Part shown: one piece after another, positions 57,565 through 63,849 of the stretch
How positions within the stretch are numbered: position 1 is the stretch's first letter
Layout of the letters: each line of letters starts with the position of its first letter
IMG/VR virus record: IMGVR_UViG_3300044640_001495
Location: 248,001 to 312,000 of that record
Reading direction: 5' to 3' (one strand)
DNA length: 64,000 nt
Position numbers and translations under genes: made by a program
Notes under the pieces: model-generated
The model's database searches: none
What the model was told of the DNA's origin: nothing
What the model saw: only the letters and a program-made list of their open reading frames with translations

Positions 57565-58395
57565 TCACCAACTGGGTCGTTTCATTATTTTTGACATAGT
57601 CCACGCAGGCCTAGCATGCATGTCCGTGATGCGATATTGATTGAATTCTCTCGCACAAAAATCTGTATCTCGCCAACTGTCTTTGAGAATAAGTCCTTGA
57701 ACGAATCCGTCAGCAAGATCCACTGTTAGACCTTGTTGGAAAAAATCCACAATTTTTTTGGCCAGTATGCCATGATTGCTCAAGGTGATGTGATTGTATC
57801 TACAGTCCACGCCTCTAAAATATTGATCACTTTGAGTGCCTGGTTCCGCAAACTCTTGCGTTTGGATATCAAACAAGGTGCCCGTGGCCCAGGCTATTTC
57901 TTGGTGGTGTTGAGCTTCACTGACGTCTATGTCAAAGCAGCGCAATATCAAAGGCTTGGGCAAGCCCAGTCTAGTGATGTAACTGGTGAGCCAACCCAAT
58001 CTCATCATCATGTGCAGAGTATCCAATTGTGGTCGTTGAATGTGCTGCATGAATCCTTCTATGGCCTTGTTTTTTTCCTTGGAAACATACTGATCCATAC
58101 CTATGATGTGCATGTTACTGAGATTGGGTTCATCTTGCACAAACCAATATCTGTTGGGATGTGTTAGACATATGACGATTCGATCTTCAGCTGTGATTTG
58201 ATTCACAGAATGAAATCCTGCTCTCAACTGTTGAAAGCACCAATCTTGACTGACTCCATGCTGACTCAGGGGCATTAATTTGAGTCCTAGGTCAGCAGCC
58301 ACCTGTCGCGGCCATGTGATGGTGGCGTCTGTTGATTCCATGGGTTCAACAGAGAAGCTGTCGCCTATCATGATTAGTCTCGGAGTTGTGGTCAT
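57565..58395 (-). CDS. SGNH/GDSL-like protein, paralogue B
   Basis: IMIGDSFS, LSQHGVSQ, DCRYNHITLSNH; aligns colinearly with paralogue A. Confidence 0.65.
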   Translation of the reverse strand: MTTTPRLIMIGDSFSVEPMESTDATITWPRQVAADLGLKLMPLSQHGVSQDWCFQQLRAGFHSVNQITAEDRIVICLTHPNRYWFVQDEPNLSNMHIIGMDQYVSKEKNKAIEGFMQHIQRPQLDTLHMMMRLGWLTSYITRLGLPKPLILRCFDIDVSEAQHHQEIAWATGTLFDIQTQEFAEPGTQSDQYFRGVDCRYNHITLSNHGILAKKIVDFFQQGLTVDLADGFVQGLILKDSWRDTDFCAREFNQYRITDMHARPAWTMSKIMKRPSW

Positions 58396-58435
58396 TTGTT
58401 ATAATTATCTTCTTGATAATATTCACTGAATTTTC

Positions 58436-58464
58436 TTGACAAAGGTTAAATAGCAGTATATAAT
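58436..58464 (+). promoter_or_regulatory. sigma70 promoter TTGACA-N17-TATAAT with nested TAAATA (58447-58452)
   Basis: Perfect boxes upstream of 58488. Confidence 0.75.
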
Positions 58465-58487
58465 TAAACATAACTTAGTGGACCATC

Positions 58488-58922
58488 ATGCTAGAAAGAA
58501 TCACCACACTCACAGACGAATTGATACGACTGCTCAAGGACGATCCTGTTCGACCTGAGATCCCTGCAGACTTTAGAGTGGACAAGAACTCCAGAGTTTA
58601 TGTGTTGAAGAGTGAAACAGGTGAGCCCATGGCTGTGACCTGTGTGAAGTTTCTAGCAGAAATTCCACAAAGTGTAGACGATCTTGCCAATGTGGCTGTG
58701 AATACTTCTACTGCGGTCTTCTATACCATTTGGAGTTATGCAGCCGGTGCGGGTCGCAGTCTTATAGAAGCGGCTCAAGAGGATATCAAGACTCACGAAC
58801 CCCAAGTTAAAACCTTTGTAACACTGAGCCCAAAAACAGAAATGGCTCGCAAGTTTCATCACAAAAACGGGGCCACTACCTATAGAGAAAATCAAGACTC
58901 AATTAACTATCAGTATCACTGA
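58488..58922 (+). CDS. GNAT-fold protein resembling the malonyl-CoA decarboxylase catalytic domain
   Basis: TAVFYTIWSY..GAGRSLI...KTFVTLSP parallels the MCD AVFYSIS...G.GNFLI...FVTLSP pattern. Confidence 0.55.
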   Translation: MLERITTLTDELIRLLKDDPVRPEIPADFRVDKNSRVYVLKSETGEPMAVTCVKFLAEIPQSVDDLANVAVNTSTAVFYTIWSYAAGAGRSLIEAAQEDIKTHEPQVKTFVTLSPKTEMARKFHHKNGATTYRENQDSINYQYH

Positions 58923-59548
58923 TCGTTAAAATTACCACACAATGTATCAACTAGGTGTTTTTCTTTTAGTTTATCAACAGTTGAATAATAGTGGTCGGAT
59001 GTAATTGGCCCTTTGGTTATCAAGGGATTCAGTTCATAATAGCCCATTGACAAAACATATCTAGATTCAGTTCCGTAATTAATACTGTTATGTGGTATTT
59101 GTGTGTTTAACAGATAAAATTGATTGGGTTCGTAGGTGAGTCTAGTATAGGGGAAATAGACGTAGTCTCGAGGCATAAGCGAATCCTTCTTGTGCTCATG
59201 TGCAAACATAACCAAATACTGATCATCTTGTGTCAACATTAAATTAAATGCAGTAGCACGGTAAACATCTCTATGCCAATTATAGATGTATCCGGGTTCT
59301 ATTAACAGTATTCTTGGGTATAAATTAAACTCTTGTATTAGTTCTAGAATTGGTTCGTTCTCGAAATAATTCTGCGGAACTTTATGCTGTTTGAACGTGG
59401 CTGATATCGCAACATCGTGGGTGACCCTGCCTTCTTTGCCTTGATTTTTAGTAACATCAACATGCCCGTAATCAAAAGTTTTACAGTCTTCAAATAAAGG
59501 ATTAGACGGCGAAAGCCCTAGTGATAATTTTGTGAAACACTCATTCAT
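58916..59548 (-). CDS. 2OG-Fe(II) oxygenase / Asp-hydroxylase-like protein (start revised to ATG 59548)
   Basis: EPGYIYNWHRD, AFNLML, PHNSINYG..RYVLS; late promoter AATAAATA 5 nt upstream. Confidence 0.7.
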   Translation of the reverse strand: MNECFTKLSLGLSPSNPLFEDCKTFDYGHVDVTKNQGKEGRVTHDVAISATFKQHKVPQNYFENEPILELIQEFNLYPRILLIEPGYIYNWHRDVYRATAFNLMLTQDDQYLVMFAHEHKKDSLMPRDYVYFPYTRLTYEPNQFYLLNTQIPHNSINYGTESRYVLSMGYYELNPLITKGPITSDHYYSTVDKLKEKHLVDTLCGNFNDQ

Positions 59549-59603
59549 GCTGCTATTTATTTTTTCATTTTGATCAATAGCAGCAAACGTGATTAGAACA
59601 TTA

Positions 59604-59810
59604 TCACTGACTACCGGGTTTAAAGCCCACTGTGTAGACAGCAACCACAGGTTCCCAATTTTCACGATCCTTGGCCGTTTGGCTTTCAGCAAACTGCTGT
59701 GCCACAAGATTGGCTCTGCTGAGATCGGTGATGTGTTCACCAGCGAGAAATTGACGCTGTAGTCTAATACCTGTGCGGCTGTTTCGGGCCATGATCTTGT
59801 ATGCTTGCAT
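59604..59810 (-). CDS. hypothetical protein
   Basis: AGGAG SD and late promoter GATAAATA at 59829-59836. Confidence 0.7.
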   Translation of the reverse strand: MQAYKIMARNSRTGIRLQRQFLAGEHITDLSRANLVAQQFAESQTAKDRENWEPVVAVYTVGFKPGSQ

Positions 59811-59855
59811 TGTGTGCTCCTGGTCGAGTATTTATCAACCTAGACACATCATTAC

Positions 59856-60431
59856 CTATTTGGATTCTTTAACTGTGTAGTTAATGGTTAACACATATCT
59901 GCTTTCGTGTGCAACGGGTGTGGTTGATGAGTGAAAATGCCTGCCGGGAAAGTCCATCCATAGATTGGCCGTGGGTTTTTGTCTGTGCCATTCTGTGTAC
60001 ATTTCCCTTTTAGGCTGTTCCTTGCGCTGATCAAATATGACAGTGTCACCATCACTGGTCGCAGGATAGAATATGCCTGTGCGATGATTCAGTACAGGAT
60101 GATCTATATGCGGTGTGTGTTCCACACTCCAGGGTGTGCGTGTGCATAGTCCCAGGCGCACTCTTAGTACTGAATCCAATTGTTGATCTTGATGATCCAG
60201 AGCAGCCAATAGTATGAGCAGACTGGGATCCCATAATGGACTGATATTTTGACTGTCCTTGTAGATCAAATGACTAAACGATCCCTGATACTGGGGATCC
60301 GCCCCACTGATATCATCAGGGTTAGCAGTAAAGGGCAGATAGAACCAATCTATAGCAGGATCAGTGAGGCGTTGGCAGACATAGCTGAATTGGTTGGGTT
60401 TGAGTAGATCTTGTATGAGTGTGATAGACAT
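59856..60431 (-). CDS. 2OG-Fe(II) oxygenase (start probably ATG 60431)
   Basis: HTPHID, GIFY..SDGDTVIF, HFHSSTTP, RYVLTINY; GATATATA 5 nt upstream. Confidence 0.75.
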   Translation of the reverse strand: MSITLIQDLLKPNQFSYVCQRLTDPAIDWFYLPFTANPDDISGADPQYQGSFSHLIYKDSQNISPLWDPSLLILLAALDHQDQQLDSVLRVRLGLCTRTPWSVEHTPHIDHPVLNHRTGIFYPATSDGDTVIFDQRKEQPKREMYTEWHRQKPTANLWMDFPGRHFHSSTTPVAHESRYVLTINYTVKESK

Positions 60432-60480
60432 GTGAGTATATATCACATGTCAATGATCACCACTCACAGAGTGGCAGCGA

Positions 60481-60654
60481 TTAGGCCTGTCCTGCAGTGG
60501 GATCTAGTGAAGGCAGTGGGGGCTCAACGGGTGGCACATCTTTGGGACTCTGTAGATCCCAATAGGCCATGTGTGCTTTACGTTCAGTAGTTTCGGCTAA
60601 TTTTTTAGCAGTTTCTGTGGCTGCGATTGCTTCGGGTGTCATTGGTCTTGCCAT
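60481..60654 (-). CDS. small hypothetical protein
   Basis: GGAG SD before ATG 60654; late promoter GCTAAATA at 60681-60688. Confidence 0.6.
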   Translation of the reverse strand: MARPMTPEAIAATETAKKLAETTERKAHMAYWDLQSPKDVPPVEPPLPSLDPTAGQA

Positions 60655-60718
60655 GAAGTTCTCCAAATTGGTTAATGATGTATTTAGCTGTGAGATTTCA
60701 GTTGTTGATGGCGCAGCC

Positions 60719-60763
60719 TAGCGCAAAATTTTTTGCTGCGAAGCAGTAGCGCAGATTTTTTGC
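60719..60763. repeat. direct repeat TAGCGCA(A/G)A..TTTTTGC flanking a GCTGCGAAGCAG hairpin
   Basis: Copies at 60719-60736 and 60747-60763; the first is a GCAAAA-TT-TTTTGC quasi-palindrome. Confidence 0.55.
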
Positions 60764-60775
60764 GATCAAGAGTGT

Positions 60776-60910
60776 CTAGTCATCCTCATCATCGTAGTCC
60801 TCATCATCTTCTTCATCATCCTCATCGTAGTCGTCATAATCATCATCCTCATCGTAGTCGTCATAATCATCATCCTCATCATCGTCATAGAAGTGTGGAA
60901 CTGTGCTCAT
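60776..60910 (-). CDS. 44-aa hyperacidic Asp/Glu/Tyr peptide (absent from the ORF track)
   Basis: MSTVPHFYDDDEDDDYDDYDEDDDYDDYDEDDEEDDEDYDDEDD*; GGGAGA SD; GCTATATA late-like motif at 60932-60939; contains a 27-bp tandem duplication. Confidence 0.8.
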   Translation of the reverse strand: MSTVPHFYDDDEDDDYDDYDEDDDYDDYDEDDEEDDEDYDDEDD

Positions 60911-60982
60911 GATAATCTCCCTGTGATCATGTATATAGCTGAAAAAAGGCTAGACACCACGAAAAAATACGTGCGCAGTTTT

Positions 60983-61192
60983 TTAAAGCCCGGTGACTGG
61001 ATCTAGAGTGGGATCTACTAGAGGACAGTGATCACTGAAACGTAGCACAAACTCTGTGTATGCAGGCGTGTGAGTGTCTAGCCAAAAGCGAGTGCGATTG
61101 AGGTGTACTTCATGATCAAGCGCATGACACTGAATAAATTCAAAAACAGTCTTTAGAATGGGACTGGAGTTTAGAACATAGTATTGCTGCAT
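60983..61192 (-). CDS. hypothetical protein (start ATG 61192)
   Basis: GCTATATA 5 nt upstream; protein-like. Confidence 0.6.
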   Translation of the reverse strand: MQQYYVLNSSPILKTVFEFIQCHALDHEVHLNRTRFWLDTHTPAYTEFVLRFSDHCPLVDPTLDPVTGL

Positions 61193-61196
61193 GTGA

Positions 61197-61466
61197 TTAT
61201 ATAGCGCCACGCAATATGCTCATGGTTATTTCTTGATCCGCTATACGAAGGACATTGTAGCACTCCCGCCGGATCTGCTTTTGACTGGGCTTGCTTCTAC
61301 GACCACCCGCAGAGCTATTAAGTGGCTGTAGCTGTAGAAAATTACTGTTGGGATAGAGTTTAATGACTCGGGCCAGAATGAGTCTATTGTGTTCAGTGAC
61401 TAGACAGTGATCTCCGGGTGCGAGAGTGTGGCCCGCAATGTCTCTGTGTTGTAAGGTATAGTTCAT
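61197..61466 (-). CDS. hypothetical protein, SH3/KOW-like small beta domain
   Basis: RDIAGHTLAPGDHCLV..LARVIKL pattern. Confidence 0.55.
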   Translation of the reverse strand: MNYTLQHRDIAGHTLAPGDHCLVTEHNRLILARVIKLYPNSNFLQLQPLNSSAGGRRSKPSQKQIRRECYNVLRIADQEITMSILRGAI

Positions 61467-61638
61467 AGTAGGTATTGTGGTTAGTGTAGAAAAAGGTTAC
61501 AAGATGGGAAAAAATTGGTCGCGTAAAAAATTAGGGTGGAGTACTTATCGTTTCATGGTGGTGATTTGCTACCCCTAGTGTTGTATATACGCAACACTGT
61601 GCATGTATACCCCGACCCCCCACCATGACCCCTCCACC

Positions 61639-61872
61639 TCAGCACCGCCTGGTCATGCCTGGCTTCATCTCATCGGGTCTCAGGTGACTGCCGCACCGTC
61701 TGATGGCAGCGTCATCCCAATTGGGTATCTGTTCGAACAACATGCGGCCCTGTGGCGGGTCATGTGGCGCTGTGCCCGCAGGGCGCAACAGCTTTGCCCT
61801 GTCCTGCACAGCACAGCCCGCAGTACTAGCGGCTGCTAACACGAGCAATAAGGTCAAGAGTATCCTGCTCAT
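61639..61872 (-). CDS. small lipoprotein
   Basis: MSRILLTLLLVLAAASTAG-C type II signal / lipobox. Confidence 0.7.
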   Translation of the reverse strand: MSRILLTLLLVLAAASTAGCAVQDRAKLLRPAGTAPHDPPQGRMLFEQIPNWDDAAIRRCGSHLRPDEMKPGMTRRC

Positions 61873-62059
61873 AGAGATCCAGTCTGTTATCTTGTTCTAG
61901 GCTTTCCTGCACAGCGATAGTGACTAGGCTAGCACAGTCCTGGCCATCACGTTTGGGCAGGCTCTTGATGAATGCTTCAACTGCGGGCATTGAATCCATA
62001 GCCCACATCACATCCATAAGCACCTTCTGCTTGTGAGTAAGTCCTTGTATAGTAATCAT
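61826..62059 (-). CDS. hypothetical early protein
   Basis: ATGA-coupled to the upstream gene; overlaps the lipoprotein start by 47 nt. Confidence 0.6.
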   Translation of the reverse strand: MITIQGLTHKQKVLMDVMWAMDSMPAVEAFIKSLPKRDGQDCASLVTIAVQESLEQDNRLDLYEQDTLDLIARVSSR

Positions 62060-62247
62060 TCTGATGCTGCCTCGTTGGCATATGATGCACCCAGGGCCAT
62101 AAAGCCTATGCCTACCAGTGCAAACAGGCCTAGGTATGCGCCATCGCCTGACAGTAGATCTGGGCTGGTTTCAATGCCGCCCACAACTCCTAACAGTAGC
62201 ACAATACCTGCGTACAGGAAAGATAAAGCCTTTTGTCTAGTAGTCAT
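62056..62247 (-). CDS. small two-helix membrane protein
   Basis: Two hydrophobic segments; AAAGGA SD downstream of an early promoter. Confidence 0.7.
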   Translation of the reverse strand: MTTRQKALSFLYAGIVLLLGVVGGIETSPDLLSGDGAYLGLFALVGIGFMALGASYANEAASE

Positions 62248-62273
62248 TTAGTGTCCTTTGTGTGTATGTAGTA

Positions 62274-62304
62274 ATTATACGGCAGTTTGGCTAATGTGTC
62301 AACC
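62274..62304 (-). promoter_or_regulatory. early sigma70 promoter GGTTGACA-N17-TATAAT
   Basis: Perfect consensus followed by ACATACACACA leader. Confidence 0.88.
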
Positions 62305-62305
62305 A

Positions 62306-62623
62306 TTATTTGGCAATACGCACGATCAAGCCCTGTGGCGTAGCTGCCACATTGTAGCCATTGCTTTCGAATAACTCAACGACCTCTTTAGCCATACGAT
62401 CTCTAGCTCTAGCACCTTCTGCTTTGACTGCTATGAACTTCTTGCGATAGTTGATGTAGAGACTTTTGTAGCTGAACGCTGAATCAAGTAGGTCTCTTAC
62501 TGAGAGAGCCTTGCGGATCTGATCTTGTGAATAGGTGCTCTTGTTGTTTGAGTTTTGACGCTGTGCATCCATTGCGGCTGCAAATGCAAACCCGCCTGCG
62601 TCTTTAGTATCTAGTTCTTTCAT
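62306..62623 (-). CDS. hypothetical early protein (start ATG 62623)
   Basis: AGGAG SD; promoter immediately upstream. Confidence 0.7.
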   Translation of the reverse strand: MKELDTKDAGGFAFAAAMDAQRQNSNNKSTYSQDQIRKALSVRDLLDSAFSYKSLYINYRKKFIAVKAEGARARDRMAKEVVELFESNGYNVAATPQGLIVRIAK

Positions 62624-62652
62624 TACTCGCTCCTGTTTGTGTGTATGTGTCA

Positions 62653-62683
62653 ATTATACTGCCAAAAAGCCTCGGTGTCAACC
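62653..62683 (-). promoter_or_regulatory. early sigma70 promoter GGTTGACA-N17-TATAAT
   Basis: Perfect consensus followed by ACACATACACACA leader. Confidence 0.88.
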
Positions 62684-62743
62684 TACGAAGTGCCCAGGCG
62701 TGTTGCAGGGTCTAGTGGTAGGCTGACACTTTGGCAACCCCTA

Positions 62744-63292
62744 TTAAGCCGCTTGTCTAGCCATATGGATCATTTCAACGCGGCCCATGTATGCGGTATT
62801 TACAACGCAGGGCTGAGTCTTAGAAGCAATCAGTGTACCTGAATTCTCTGTAAGATGAATCTCTGTTACACGGCAGGTGAAAGGATACAGTTTTTTGGTC
62901 TCGCGATAGTCTTCAGCGGCCATCTCTTTCTCACGTGGCAAATATTCATACACACGCAGTTTGACCTTGCGCTCTTGTCCGTTAGGAAAGGCACTGGCAA
63001 ATCCAGGGCCACGAGCACGTCTACGCACTGGATCTTTTGCGCCATCATTCTGTTCAAGTACCAAACGATTAAACGCATCGTGATCTGGAATGCCAGCTTC
63101 AACCATCGCAGCCTTGTCTTCTAGCATCTTGATGTAGTTGAGGAATCGTTTGGCTTTGACTTTGCCACCTGCGCCGTTGACATTATAGGTCTTGCCATCA
63201 ATTAACCATTCAGCCACAAAGGTCTTATATGGACGGGCATCGCGAAACAGTTCTTTAGCTTTGGCCAATGTCATAATAGGATGTGTTTTCAT
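62744..63292 (-). CDS. hypothetical early protein
   Basis: 182-aa ORF downstream of an early promoter. Confidence 0.7.
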   Translation of the reverse strand: MKTHPIMTLAKAKELFRDARPYKTFVAEWLIDGKTYNVNGAGGKVKAKRFLNYIKMLEDKAAMVEAGIPDHDAFNRLVLEQNDGAKDPVRRRARGPGFASAFPNGQERKVKLRVYEYLPREKEMAAEDYRETKKLYPFTCRVTEIHLTENSGTLIASKTQPCVVNTAYMGRVEMIHMARQAA

Positions 63293-63324
63293 CTTGCTCT
63301 TTCTGTGTGTTTGTGTATGTGTTA

Positions 63325-63355
63325 ATTATAACAGGGTTTTGGCACCCTGTCAACC
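63325..63355 (-). promoter_or_regulatory. early sigma70 promoter GGTTGACA-N17-TATAAT with palindromic spacer
   Basis: ACAGGGT-GCCAAA-ACCCTGT inside the promoter; ACACATACACA leader. Confidence 0.88.
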
Positions 63356-63358
63356 AAA

Positions 63359-63742
63359 TTAGATCCAGCTGTCTACCATCATAACGGGCTTCTTCAAGAC
63401 CCGTTTAACAAAGTCCTCGGGCTCGTCGTCAGCACGTACTAACATAAAGCCCATGCTCTCTACCAGGTCTACCTCGCAGATCTGGAGGTCCACACCTGCC
63501 TTCTCAAATGCAATGTTCATCTTGGTCAGGGCATACTTAACGCCTGCTTCAAATGTCTGGTATTCGCCGTCATGGACTTCATCGTAGTCAAACTCTTTAA
63601 GCATGACCTCTGCGTACTCTTCACCGTCTGCTACGATGAAAGGGCGGATCTTCTTCCAGGCCCGTTGATCGGTACAGTCAAAGTGGTCACAGGCTTCGTT
63701 GAGGTCAAACGAGGCAAATGCGTCATAATTTACTTTAGTCAT
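63359..63742 (-). CDS. acidic hypothetical early protein (start ATG 63742)
   Basis: AGGAG SD; the longer ORF-track start overlaps its own promoter. Confidence 0.72.
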   Translation of the reverse strand: MTKVNYDAFASFDLNEACDHFDCTDQRAWKKIRPFIVADGEEYAEVMLKEFDYDEVHDGEYQTFEAGVKYALTKMNIAFEKAGVDLQICEVDLVESMGFMLVRADDEPEDFVKRVLKKPVMMVDSWI

Positions 63743-63776
63743 TGGGTTCGCTCCTAATGTTTGTTTGTATGTGTCT

Positions 63777-63807
63777 ATTATACAACTAATTTGGCTAGTT
63801 GTCAACC
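63777..63807 (-). promoter_or_regulatory. early sigma70 promoter GGTTGACA-N17-TATAAT with palindromic spacer
   Basis: ACAACTA-GCCAAAT-TAGTTGT inside the promoter; ACACATACAAA leader. Confidence 0.88.
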
Positions 63808-63849
63808 TAGTTATGAACAGTTAGAAAAGAATTAAAGGAACCATTGTCA

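Noticed and set aside
9526-58922. Recurrent short convergent gene overlaps (9526-9557, 31995-32008, 40002-40018, 49480-49487, 58916-58922) as antisense regulation
   Set aside because: Overlaps are only a few codons and are typical of compact phage genomes; nothing else supports regulation.
60781-60890. Non-coding CAT/CTC microsatellite
   Set aside because: It reads as an SD-led in-frame acidic ORF on the minus strand, so it is reported as a CDS.
545-63757. The many short antisense or alternate-frame ORFs in the track (e.g. 545-730, 5810-6022, 11712-12128, 19836-20267, 25877-26461, 27251-27514, 57733-58167, 61603-61839)
   Set aside because: They lie within or opposite well-supported genes, lack SD or promoter, and have biased non-protein-like composition; treated as shadow ORFs.
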